Assembly: GCA_038045705.1 (NCBI GenBank)
Contig: JBBSXO010000002.1
Span: 25,557 to 89,556 of the forward strand
Source: Nanobdellota archaeon
GTDB lineage: Archaea > Nanobdellota > Nanobdellia > Pacearchaeales > GW2011-AR1
DNA length: 64,000 nt
Direction: 5' to 3'
Of this stretch, positions 10,232 through 19,803 are shown in pieces (position 1 is the stretch's first letter; each line of letters opens with the position of its first letter). Position numbers and translations under genes: made by a program. The notes beneath the pieces were generated by a model that was given only the letters and a program-made list of their open reading frames with translations, was not told the origin of the DNA and made no database searches.

Positions 10232-10864
10232 ATCAGTAAGTAAATAGTCAGGTCTTTTTTTAATTATATCTTTCCTTGAAGACCATGAACTTTGATTCGA
10301 AATAATTATACTATATACTCCAGCACATCTTGCCACATCAACGTCAATATCTTTATCACCTATATAGATTATTTCTGACCTGGATAGACCATACTTTTTG
10401 CGCAACTTATCAATCATCCAAGATTTATTATGTTTAAATCTATCCGCTCCATAAACGCCATCAAAGAAGTTTGCTTTCAGAAAATTCAGAGATTTTTCAA
10501 TAAAGAAAGTAACATTATTAGAAAGAATTATTTTTCTTATTTTAATATTTTTAACACTCATAAAGTTTTTACAAGGTTTTATTTTATGATATTCTTTAAA
10601 AAAGTCATCATGGATTCCAGCGCAAACACTTCTGACTAAATCTGTAGGAAGCCCAGTAAGCATCAAATAATGTTCTAAAGGAGTATTCCCAAAAAATCTA
10701 ATCAAATCTTTAGTCAAAGATATTTCAAAAGAAAAAAGATGTTTTTTTATTATGCGCAAAAGTAACTCCCTTGTATCTGCAAGTGTACCATCAAAATCAA
10801 AGATGACTAACTTTATCCCAGGATCCTCTCTATTAGAAATTATCCTCCTAAAAAGATATGTCAT
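10172..10864 (-). CDS. HAD-superfamily phosphatase
   Basis: FDFDGTLAD motif I, YIGDKDID motif IV. Confidence 0.88.
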   Translation of the reverse strand: MTYLFRRIISNREDPGIKLVIFDFDGTLADTRELLLRIIKKHLFSFEISLTKDLIRFFGNTPLEHYLMLTGLPTDLVRSVCAGIHDDFFKEYHKIKPCKNFMSVKNIKIRKIILSNNVTFFIEKSLNFLKANFFDGVYGADRFKHNKSWMIDKLRKKYGLSRSEIIYIGDKDIDVDVARCAGVYSIIISNQSSWSSRKDIIKKRPDYLLTDLSKVSGVINQINSEQLSSI

Positions 10865-12945
10865 TATTTATTCCTATCGGAAAACCTTTTAATAAAATCT
10901 TTACTAGAGGAATGATCTATTACTCTAAGTACTTCCCAAACACCTTGAAAAGGAGATCTTTCAGCTTTAACTGTACTTATTACTTTTCTCCTTATAGAAT
11001 CTGAAATCAAAAGCTTTGTATTAGATGCATTGGCAAGTCTTTTCGCATAACTTATTAGATTGCCTGTACTCGTGAAATGAAATTTATTATTTTCAACTTC
11101 ACTTATTATTTCCCCATCACTAACTCCAATTCCGAAGTTTATTCCATCATTATTAATGCTACTATGTTCAAGGAATAAAGCTTGTATACGCCTTGCAACA
11201 CTAATTGCAGAGGATTCATTATCTTGACTTCCAGTCAATCTAGGAGATAACAAAACTATCTTATATTCACCGTCCACGTAGACTTTAGCTTTAACTTCTT
11301 GTGCAAGGGACAATGCTCTATTAAGAGTCTCAGAAACAGAAGGTGAATTAGCATGTATATATAATGCAATAGCTACAGCTCTCTCTCTAATTCCCTGTCC
11401 TTGAGTTCCAAACAAATTGGTAGGACTTACTTTAGCAACAGGTAAAAATGAATTAACACTTGAAGTTGCTGAAGATGGAACTTTAGGTTTATTAAACCAA
11501 GACATATCAAACTTACTCTTATTATCAGAAGAATCAAATATATTGCTTCTAGTATTGGGTGTAAACTCGGTCTTGGCAGGCTTCATCTCAACCTTATTTG
11601 AAGACATGCTAGAAATTGAGGATCTAGGGTTAACTTTCTGCATTCTAAGCCTAACCTGAACAAGTATTATCACCAAAATTAAAAGAATTACTCCTAGCCA
11701 CCAAATTAAAGGATTAGTAAATGTATAAATAACATCTTCTCTGAAATCTGTTACTTTTACCGCATTTCCAGTTAGAAAAGCACTACCAAGTGTCTTAATT
11801 TCACCAGCTTTATCTGAAACAGCAATTGAATAATCTCCATCAGGTGCTCTCAATGTAAACTTCTGAGTTTCTCCTGGACCAAGCTTAACTTGTTTAACTT
11901 CTACAAACGAACCAATAGTTATCTCTAACGGTCCAGAATAAGGAGCATTTCCAACATTAGTAACTATTAGAGTATTATTTATCAAACTAGTCTGTAAAGT
12001 ATTTATTTCAGAAAGATAAAATAATTTTCTATTCAATAAACCATCAACATCTGTTTCAATACTCCAGTAACCAGGACTATCATTAAGAAAGAAACTTATT
12101 TTCTGATCTTCTCCAGATTTAACAATCTTCTTAATAAATGGAATCCCTTTAGGTTTATTTACGGTTAGACTAACTTCCTTATCTATTAAATCTCCTGCCT
12201 GATCAAGCGTATCAATTCTAAAAATAAATTCAGACTCGGGTTTTGCAATTTCATCATTCAAATGAATGTTAACTTCTTTCAATATTTGACCAACACTAAA
12301 AGTATTATAATAAGAACCAGAATTTATTTTTCTAGAATTATAATCTGTATTATGCACTTCAACGGTAAAATTATGATCTCCAGATTTTGAATTAGATGGT
12401 AAAACGATAGTAATATTAAAAAATCCATCAATAACAAGCGCAGATTTATACAGATTTAAAGCAGGAATAAAAAGTTCGGCGAATCCATCAACAGGTACAC
12501 TACTTCTCTTAATTGCGCTTCCAGAAACATATAATGTCTGTCCAGGATTAAGACTCTCAACTTCGAGTTCCGCGTCAACATCTATCAATTTAGAAATCAT
12601 AAACGAATTGCTGTTCACAACCTCATTTGCAAAACTAGCCCTCAAAAAGCAAGAACTTGTCATATTTTCTAGAAGAGGGCTTAAAAGCTCTGTAGTGACA
12701 GTCACAGGTATTTCAACATTAGCTTGAGCTTCAAAAAAGCTATTAAAAACATTAGCAGTAAAATTTGTCCCGCACTTTAAGTCTACAACATAATGGGAAC
12801 TAGTGGTTACAGATGGAACTATTGTTGTATCAACACTAACTTGATCCCCATAATTATAAATCTGTCTCAAAGGTTCAACAAAAATACTCGACGATACCAA
12901 AGGCAACACCAAAACTAGTAGAACTAACATCAACCTCACTTTCAT
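10864..12945 (-). CDS. Large single-pass membrane protein: Ig-like ectodomain plus degenerate class III nucleotide-cyclase-like cytoplasmic domain
   Basis: Signal peptide, beta-rich ectodomain, TM (WWLGVILLILVIILV), C-terminal FGIGVSDGEI...FTSTGNLISYAKRL. Confidence 0.6.
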   Translation of the reverse strand: MKVRLMLVLLVLVLPLVSSSIFVEPLRQIYNYGDQVSVDTTIVPSVTTSSHYVVDLKCGTNFTANVFNSFFEAQANVEIPVTVTTELLSPLLENMTSSCFLRASFANEVVNSNSFMISKLIDVDAELEVESLNPGQTLYVSGSAIKRSSVPVDGFAELFIPALNLYKSALVIDGFFNITIVLPSNSKSGDHNFTVEVHNTDYNSRKINSGSYYNTFSVGQILKEVNIHLNDEIAKPESEFIFRIDTLDQAGDLIDKEVSLTVNKPKGIPFIKKIVKSGEDQKISFFLNDSPGYWSIETDVDGLLNRKLFYLSEINTLQTSLINNTLIVTNVGNAPYSGPLEITIGSFVEVKQVKLGPGETQKFTLRAPDGDYSIAVSDKAGEIKTLGSAFLTGNAVKVTDFREDVIYTFTNPLIWWLGVILLILVIILVQVRLRMQKVNPRSSISSMSSNKVEMKPAKTEFTPNTRSNIFDSSDNKSKFDMSWFNKPKVPSSATSSVNSFLPVAKVSPTNLFGTQGQGIRERAVAIALYIHANSPSVSETLNRALSLAQEVKAKVYVDGEYKIVLLSPRLTGSQDNESSAISVARRIQALFLEHSSINNDGINFGIGVSDGEIISEVENNKFHFTSTGNLISYAKRLANASNTKLLISDSIRRKVISTVKAERSPFQGVWEVLRVIDHSSSKDFIKRFSDRNK

Positions 12946-13001
12946 GTAAATAGCAGTTATGTAAGATATATAAATATTATCAAAAAGCTTTTGACATCAA
13001 A

Positions 13002-13658
13002 TTATCTATTTGATGATCTCTGAGTTGCTAAACTACAAGCGCATTTTAGTAAGAGATCACGGTTTGATTCAATACGTTTTTTAAGCCCGCCCATTCCATT
13101 AATTTCAGCATTTAAATATTCCTCACGATTAGCATATTCAATTGCAGCTTCTCTGATTCTTCCTTTATTAAGTAATTCGCGAGTCTTAGGACTATCTGCA
13201 AGATCTCCTCTATAAGCCATATCAACAAGAGCTTTTTTTCCATTCAAAGGGAAATTTTTAAAATCAGGAACAAGTCTTTGAGCAACCTCTAAATGTCTCT
13301 TTAAGTCAGCTAAAAACAAAATATTAACTTGTTTATCAGTTAAGAAAATTTTTCCGTTTTTTACTGAATCATAATCTACTCCTTCTAAAGCATCTTCAAA
13401 TGTTTTTTTGGATCTAGGTGCCCCAAGATAATGTCCTATCCCTATAGTTGGTTCATAAACTGTAGCAGAAGGATTAGCATCATATACCTTATTTCTTCTG
13501 CCCTCGAAACTCCCAGTATATTCTGCAAAGATTTGCATTTCATCAATCAACCTAAGTTCTACATTTGCCAGATCTTTTCTAAATAAATATTTTAATCCAA
13601 TAAATCCAACAGTAAAACCAGTCAATGCTAACAAAGATTTTTTTAATGTTTTGTGCAT
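13002..13658 (-). CDS. GH24 / phage T4-type lysozyme (muramidase) with N-terminal hydrophobic anchor
   Basis: FEGRRNKVYD...PTIGIGH catalytic segment, ALVDMAY, G..EAA.EY. Confidence 0.75.
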   Translation of the reverse strand: MHKTLKKSLLALTGFTVGFIGLKYLFRKDLANVELRLIDEMQIFAEYTGSFEGRRNKVYDANPSATVYEPTIGIGHYLGAPRSKKTFEDALEGVDYDSVKNGKIFLTDKQVNILFLADLKRHLEVAQRLVPDFKNFPLNGKKALVDMAYRGDLADSPKTRELLNKGRIREAAIEYANREEYLNAEINGMGGLKKRIESNRDLLLKCACSLATQRSSNR

Positions 13659-13765
13659 AAAAATAAAACTTTAATCTCTTTTTAAAGTTTACTATTTAAT
13701 GTCATAAATTAGTAGTAACGATAATAAAGAGCATATTTTAAATATTATCTAATTGTATATCAAAT

Positions 13766-15490
13766 ATGAGGATACTTACATTACATTGCGACTATATCAA
13801 GTTCAAAGCTCTTAAAAAAGCAATAAAGAGCATAGAAGATTTATCTGAAGAAGAAAAAGAGTCTAAAGAAGTGAAAGAATGTCTTGTTATTTTAACTTCA
13901 ATAGAACAAGGAGACACAGAAAAAACAATCCATCAATTAGTAGAAGCGGTTGAAAAAACAGCAAAAGAAGTCAAAACAGATAAAATAGTACTATATCCTT
14001 ATGCACATCTGTCATCAAACTTAGCAAAACCACAAATAGCTTTAGAATTATTAAAAGAAGCAGAATCTCAATTAAGTAAAAAATTCAAAACAATTAGAGC
14101 TCCATTTGGTTATTATAAGGAATTTGAATTCAAATGCAAAGGTCATCCATTGGCAGAGTTAAGTAAGGAATTTAGGCAAGAAGACTCAGTAGAGACTAAA
14201 TCAAAAATGGTCTCGAAAGAAGAACCAATAGATTCTTCAAAATTATTAAATCAAATATCTCGTTCAAAGCTAGATACATCAAAACTAAAAGACAACGACC
14301 ACAGAATCCTAGGACAAAGACTTGACTTATTCAGTTTCAATGAAGTAGCTCCTGGAATGGTTTTCTGGCATAATAACGGTTTAACAATATATAATGAATT
14401 AGTGGGCTTCTGGAGAGATGAACAGAAAAAAGAGAATTATCTAGAAATAAAAACTCCTCAAATAATGGATTCAAAATTATGGAAAGTATCAGGTCATTGG
14501 GACAAATATAAAGAAAATAACTTTATCACAGATTATGAAGGCAGATCATTCCTTGTCAAACCAATGAACTGTCCTGGAGGAATGCTGGTCTTCAAAGCAA
14601 ACTCAAAATCCTACAGAGACTTACCTTTAAAAGTTTCAGAAATGGGGACAGTTCACAGAACTGAGCTTTCAGGTGTCATTAACGGACTGTTTAGAGTAAT
14701 ACAATTTACCCAAGATGATGCTCATATATTCTGCGCAGACGAACCTCAGGCAGAATTAGAGATATTAGAAGTAATAAAACTAATAAAAAGATTTTATGAA
14801 AAATTCAAATTAGAATTTGATCACGTAGAACTCTCAACAAGACCTGAAAAAAGAATAGGTTCTGACGAAATGTGGAATAATGCTGAAAGTTTGTTAGAAA
14901 AAGCATTAAAGAAAGCTAAGATTAAATATGGTGTAAAAAAAGGAGAAGGTGCATTCTATGGTCCAAAAATCGACTTTCACGTGAAAGACTCTTTAGAAAG
15001 AACTTGGCAGGTTTCAACCATACAGCTTGATTTTGCGATGCCCGAAAGATTCGAATTAGAATTCACAGATAAAGATAATCATCAAAAAAGACCAATAATG
15101 CTTCACAGAGTAATCTATGGTTCATTAGAAAGATTTATAGGCATTTTACTAGAGCACACAAACGGAGCTTTACCATTATGGTTATCTCCAAGACAAGTCA
15201 GAGTTATATCATTTACAGATAGAAATGATAAGGCAACTGAAAAACTAGCTCAAGAACTAAAAGAATTAATCCCATCAATAAGAATAGATACTGATACTCG
15301 TTCAGACACAGTTCAATCAAAGATCAGAGATGCAGAAATGCTAAAAGTAAATTATACATTAGTTGTAGGAGATAAAGAAGAAGAAAATGATACTCTAGCT
15401 ATAAGACCTAGAGGTGGAAAACCGCAATTTAATGTAAATAAAGATAAATTTGTAAAACAGTTAAAAGAAGAATTATCCAAAAGACTATAA
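13766..15490 (+). CDS. thrS: Threonine--tRNA ligase
   Basis: Archaeal N-terminal editing domain (LYPYAHLS, APFGYYK), KPMNCPG, FTQDDAH, AFYGPKID, HRVIYGSLERF. Confidence 0.97.
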   Translation: MRILTLHCDYIKFKALKKAIKSIEDLSEEEKESKEVKECLVILTSIEQGDTEKTIHQLVEAVEKTAKEVKTDKIVLYPYAHLSSNLAKPQIALELLKEAESQLSKKFKTIRAPFGYYKEFEFKCKGHPLAELSKEFRQEDSVETKSKMVSKEEPIDSSKLLNQISRSKLDTSKLKDNDHRILGQRLDLFSFNEVAPGMVFWHNNGLTIYNELVGFWRDEQKKENYLEIKTPQIMDSKLWKVSGHWDKYKENNFITDYEGRSFLVKPMNCPGGMLVFKANSKSYRDLPLKVSEMGTVHRTELSGVINGLFRVIQFTQDDAHIFCADEPQAELEILEVIKLIKRFYEKFKLEFDHVELSTRPEKRIGSDEMWNNAESLLEKALKKAKIKYGVKKGEGAFYGPKIDFHVKDSLERTWQVSTIQLDFAMPERFELEFTDKDNHQKRPIMLHRVIYGSLERFIGILLEHTNGALPLWLSPRQVRVISFTDRNDKATEKLAQELKELIPSIRIDTDTRSDTVQSKIRDAEMLKVNYTLVVGDKEEENDTLAIRPRGGKPQFNVNKDKFVKQLKEELSKRL

Positions 15491-15736
15491 TTATAACACA
15501 AATACCCAATATCTATCTTTACGCTCTTCAAGTGAATAAAAACTTAAAGTCTTGTTATTTGGCAAAACAAATGTTCTTTTTAAATAAGGATCTAAATCAA
15601 TCCTTTCAAGACCTAAGACATCACAAAATGCCCTCTGTATTTCAGAGTATGATCTATAACCACTAGACCACCACCCTAACAACCTTCTTTTTAGTACAGG
15701 AATTTCTCTTCTAGTTATCAAAGGTTCATCTTCCAC
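15491..15736 (-). CDS. Orphan hypothetical protein
   Basis: Short ORF, GTG start. Confidence 0.4.
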   Translation of the reverse strand: MEDEPLITRREIPVLKRRLLGWWSSGYRSYSEIQRAFCDVLGLERIDLDPYLKRTFVLPNNKTLSFYSLEERKDRYWVFVL

Positions 15737-15800
15737 AATAATACCATGAAAATAGTATTATTAAACTTAATTTATTATAACCCATTTATACATTAATTAT

Positions 15801-16337
15801 TCAATCATCTCTATCTTGAGATCTACAGTATTCTCCAACAGATTTTATTGCGTTCCTTATTCTTCTACAAACTTCCTCCATTTTCAATCCAAGTAATTCA
15901 GAAATTTCTTTATAATCTACGCCATTAAGCGCAAGAGAAAGAGCTTCACCGCGACGACGAGGAATCAGGGGTAATACTCTTCTTACTTTTTCAAATTCTT
16001 CCCGTTCAATAATTTTATCTAATGTATTAGGAGCCTCTACATAACAAATCAAACTTGGATTTTTTAATGATTTTAATCTTTTCGCATTGCGGAAGTAATC
16101 CATACAAGAATTAGTAAAAATAACATATGCGAGTCCTCGTAAAGTTCTAGGTATTAATTTACCATCTCTGGCAAGAACAAGTAATTTATAAGCAGTATCT
16201 TGAAAAAAGTCTTGAGCTACATCTAAAGAAAGATTATATCTCATACGACCCAAATTAACTAGGAGTCGTTCCAAATAGACTAATGACTCAGCTAAATCAG
16301 TATCTTTTTCTTCAATAGTTTCATCAAAACGAACCAT
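15801..16337 (-). CDS. ECF-type (sigma-70 group 4) sigma factor-like protein
   Basis: Region 2: AQDFFQDTAYKLL...YVIFTNSCMDYFR; region 4: LIPRRRGEALSL..NGVDYKEISELLGL....V.RRIRNA. Confidence 0.75.
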   Translation of the reverse strand: MVRFDETIEEKDTDLAESLVYLERLLVNLGRMRYNLSLDVAQDFFQDTAYKLLVLARDGKLIPRTLRGLAYVIFTNSCMDYFRNAKRLKSLKNPSLICYVEAPNTLDKIIEREEFEKVRRVLPLIPRRRGEALSLALNGVDYKEISELLGLKMEEVCRRIRNAIKSVGEYCRSQDRDD

Positions 16338-16441
16338 GACTTAAAAATTATAAATTTACTTTTAAAACTATCTCCTGTGGTAAAAATTGGCGACATATTT
16401 ATATATCAATTATTCAATAACTAAATATCAAGAGGCTCATA

Positions 16442-17077
16442 ATGAAAATTCAACCATACGTCCAAAAACTTCAAACATCTGAAAAATATAAAAAGTTTAT
16501 AAAAGAAAACGCAGAATCATTTCTAGTCGCAGGATTCTTTGTTTTAGATTATGAGGCTGGGATGAATGTACATCAAATAGATTATTATGTACCATCGAAA
16601 AGACAAGTTGCAGCATTTAATTTAGACGGGGAAGTCGAAGTTCGTCTTTTAGATATGATGCATAAAGAAAAAAAACCTGAAAAATTAGATATTAGAACAA
16701 AAGTAGATCTTGACGCATTAAAAGGAATTCTTGAAGATGAGATGAAGAACAGAAATATAACTGAAACTATAAAAAAATGTGTTGCAGTTATTCAGATGGT
16801 AGATGGCAAAAAATTATGGGTATTAAATTGTGTCCTTTCAGGCATGGAAATATTAAAAGCCCATGTAGATGATGAATCAAGAACAGTTTTAAAAATGGAA
16901 AAATCTTCAATGCTTGACTATGTAAAAAAAATGCCTGCTATGCCTCAACAAAGTCCTAAAGCAAATAAAGAAACTCTTCAAAAACAAATTGAGCAATTAA
17001 ATAAATTAAAAGAACAATTAGAGAATGAAAAAGCCCAATTAGATAAGCAAGGAAAGTCTAGTGAAAACGTAGAATAA
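16442..17077 (+). CDS. Hypothetical protein with C-terminal coiled-coil
   Basis: Long ORF with typical codon usage. Confidence 0.7.
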   Translation: MKIQPYVQKLQTSEKYKKFIKENAESFLVAGFFVLDYEAGMNVHQIDYYVPSKRQVAAFNLDGEVEVRLLDMMHKEKKPEKLDIRTKVDLDALKGILEDEMKNRNITETIKKCVAVIQMVDGKKLWVLNCVLSGMEILKAHVDDESRTVLKMEKSSMLDYVKKMPAMPQQSPKANKETLQKQIEQLNKLKEQLENEKAQLDKQGKSSENVE

Positions 17078-17626
17078 TTATTTATTTCTCAATGACCAAA
17101 GTTGTTTTGTGTAACCCCTTTGTTCACAATCAGACTCCTTAAACCCAAGACTATTCCTAACATCTATAATTTTATTTCTAGCAACATTAACCTCTTTAAT
17201 AGAACACAGAACTTCCAATTCTAAAAACCAACCTAATTTCTTAACATAATTCAGTTCTATATTTACCCCACTCTTAGTCTTATAAAGTTCAGTAGTTTTT
17301 TCCTTATGAAGCCACTTTCTAAAACCAAAGTCTTTAATCAAATCAAAAAAACCATCAATATCAGATATCTGGAACTGGACTTCTTTTTTTGCATGAATAC
17401 AATTAGATAAGTTAATTCTTTTCTTAAAATTAACCTCTCTAATTTTTCCCATATCTCTAACACGAAGGCTCTTTTCAGGATACTGAAAATATTCTAATGT
17501 ATAATAATCATCTTTTTTATTTTGTTTTTTAACAAACTTAGCAATTTTTTTTATTCTATTTCTAACGCTATACAAATCTTTTTTTTCAAATGGTATTTTA
17601 GTTTCAACTTCTATCCAGCTCATCAT
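17078..17626 (-). CDS. cyaB: CYTH-domain protein (class IV adenylate cyclase/triphosphatase family)
   Basis: IEVETK (ExExK), D.YY, LRVR, LGWFLELE. Confidence 0.85.
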   Translation of the reverse strand: MMSWIEVETKIPFEKKDLYSVRNRIKKIAKFVKKQNKKDDYYTLEYFQYPEKSLRVRDMGKIREVNFKKRINLSNCIHAKKEVQFQISDIDGFFDLIKDFGFRKWLHKEKTTELYKTKSGVNIELNYVKKLGWFLELEVLCSIKEVNVARNKIIDVRNSLGFKESDCEQRGYTKQLWSLRNK

Positions 17627-17661
17627 AACCTCAATTAATTCTAGTTCTTTGTCTTTTTAAA

Positions 17662-18180
17662 TTAAGGCACATAAGTATCACAAATAACTTGTTGTCTTGT
17701 AGGATTACAAATAGTATCTGATTTTCCTACAACTGCACTAACAGTTACAGACAAAGGAGTGTAATCAAGATTCCTAACTGCAGCTTCAACAGAGTTGTAT
17801 TCAACTAACCTAGAGTAATTTGTATCAATATTAATATCTAGTATGTCTAGTTCAACTGGACTCTCAACATGCAAATTGCCAATATCATCTGTAACTGAAA
17901 ATCTCAAATCATTAATATCTTTACCACCCGGAAATCTTTCAACATTAATAAGAATTCCATCACCAGTAGTACCAGGTAATCCGATACTCTGAAGAAATTC
18001 TCTTGTGAAAATAAGACAATTATTTACTTCTAAATCTATCCCAAAACATAAAGAAGAATCTCCAGAAGTGTTTTTATTAACATTTCCAAGGTAAGCTCTT
18101 AAAAATATAGATGTCCCTACAACAGCAATAAGAATAAGAATAATATAAGCAACAACAGAACCAACGCCATTTCTTTTCAT
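17662..18180 (-). CDS. Type IV pilin-like protein
   Basis: Class III-like signal KRNG|VGSVVAYIILILIAVVG. Confidence 0.7.
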   Translation of the reverse strand: MKRNGVGSVVAYIILILIAVVGTSIFLRAYLGNVNKNTSGDSSLCFGIDLEVNNCLIFTREFLQSIGLPGTTGDGILINVERFPGGKDINDLRFSVTDDIGNLHVESPVELDILDINIDTNYSRLVEYNSVEAAVRNLDYTPLSVTVSAVVGKSDTICNPTRQQVICDTYVP

Positions 18181-18185
18181 ACTAA

Positions 18186-18926
18186 TCATCTAACTATTGT
18201 TATAGACCCTCCAGTATTAGGATTAACTTGACAACAAACAGTTTTATTTCCAGGAGGTAATATTCCATTTATTAATTGACGAGTAATTGGATTAATTGGA
18301 TAAGATTGATCCATTCCATTATAACACTCACTGTAATTAACAGGGTGTTGACAACAATTCCCAGCCCTATTACTATTAGAATATGTTCCTCCAGTATATG
18401 TATTATTAGACACATTTCCAAGTGGAGGGGTCATAGTTACAGAAGGACATCTTACAGAGTTGGATGCAATAGGGCAGACATCTTTATTTTTTCCAATTAA
18501 AGCAGCAACACGTAATAAATGAGGTTCTCCCGCCTGAACAGGTATAGCATCATAAGGATCTGTAAATTGTAAACTCTGTAATTCTCCCAACCCAATTGCA
18601 TTTAAATTTCTATCATAAGTACCCTTTCCCCCAAGCCAATTTTCAAATATAAATCTTAGACCTGTTACATTTCCTTGTCCAACACTTCTTTTAACAAGAA
18701 CATTTGCTTCATAATAACCGCCTCCAATTTGATAATTACATGCCCCATAAGTCTGACAGTTCATAAGTTCAAGATTAACTGTCAAGCAATCAGGATCAAC
18801 AATTTCACTAGAAGCGTTTTCTATATTTTTTGAAATAAATGCCCAAAGTAACGCTACTCCTATAATTGCCCCAAGAGTTATTAGTGCAACAGAAACAACA
18901 GAACTAATACCTCCCCGATCAATCAT
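18186..18926 (-). CDS. Type IV pilin-like protein with Cys-rich C-terminus
   Basis: RGG|ISSVVSVALITLGAIIGVALLW; VKRSVG motif shared with paralogs. Confidence 0.7.
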   Translation of the reverse strand: MIDRGGISSVVSVALITLGAIIGVALLWAFISKNIENASSEIVDPDCLTVNLELMNCQTYGACNYQIGGGYYEANVLVKRSVGQGNVTGLRFIFENWLGGKGTYDRNLNAIGLGELQSLQFTDPYDAIPVQAGEPHLLRVAALIGKNKDVCPIASNSVRCPSVTMTPPLGNVSNNTYTGGTYSNSNRAGNCCQHPVNYSECYNGMDQSYPINPITRQLINGILPPGNKTVCCQVNPNTGGSITIVR

Positions 18927-19064
18927 CAATAAAAATATAATTCCATTATTTATAAACAATACCTCGCCATATCCATAACTATATATAATCTCAAATGACG
19001 TTAATTTAAGTTATAAGACAAATAAGGCTTTGAAAATCGCATATTTCTTTATAATCAAAGCTAA

Positions 19065-19265
19065 ATGAATAATCGTAGAAATAGTTTTTGGAACAAAGCA
19101 GACACAACAAGAAGTTGTTCGTGTGGTAGAACTCTAAAACAAAAGAAAAGAGTTAACTATCCATTCGGTAGAAATTCACAACCCATAGTAACAAAATTCT
19201 ACAAATGCGACACTTGTCAGAAAAATCTAAAACCCTTAGTTAGGGAAAGTAAAAAATTAGTATAA
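19065..19265 (+). CDS. Small basic zinc-ribbon protein
   Basis: CSCG...CDTC. Confidence 0.55.
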   Translation: MNNRRNSFWNKADTTRSCSCGRTLKQKKRVNYPFGRNSQPIVTKFYKCDTCQKNLKPLVRESKKLV

Positions 19266-19295
19266 AAAATAAAATAAAAAATAAATAGTAATTAA

Positions 19296-19748
19296 CTAAC
19301 AATCAATAGGTTGTGTAGTTATCTGACACAATTGTCCACCACTAACAACGACTGTATTAACACTTATAGCGTCAAATGTTGAAGAAGTTGTACCTACAAC
19401 TGTCAATGTACTAAGCTCAGATAAAGTAGTGTCACTAGCAACAGGAGTTGTTACAACTTTTTGAGTCTCTTCATTAGCATTTTCAAATACAAGATCTACA
19501 GAATCAAATTCTCCGGCTCCCGGGTTACGTTTCACTACGACATTCCATTGACCTTCAGTACTGCCAGGTACACAACTAATCGGCTCCACACTAACTGTAA
19601 AACAATCAGCTTGAATTCCAGCAGCGCCCTTATCAATTGTTGGTTTTACAACAGACCATATAACAGCAATTCCGACAATTACCAGAAGTACTATGAGGAC
19701 ATTAGCGACAACTTCACTCACTCCTTTTTTTGAATTAAACATTCTCAT
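19296..19748 (-). CDS. Archaeal type IV pilin
   Basis: KKG|VSEVVANVLIVLLVIVGIAVIW; GGAGG RBS upstream. Confidence 0.85.
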   Translation of the reverse strand: MRMFNSKKGVSEVVANVLIVLLVIVGIAVIWSVVKPTIDKGAAGIQADCFTVSVEPISCVPGSTEGQWNVVVKRNPGAGEFDSVDLVFENANEETQKVVTTPVASDTTLSELSTLTVVGTTSSTFDAISVNTVVVSGGQLCQITTQPIDC

Positions 19749-19803
19749 AAACCTCCTTTACAGTTAAGACAATATCAAGGACTTTATAAATTATTCGCCC
19801 AAA

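Noticed and set aside
13002-16337. Prophage or bacterial contamination around the lysozyme and sigma genes
   Set aside because: No structural, terminase or integrase genes; flanked and interrupted by thrS with an archaeal editing domain and archaeal-style promoters. Read-level confirmation is still advisable.
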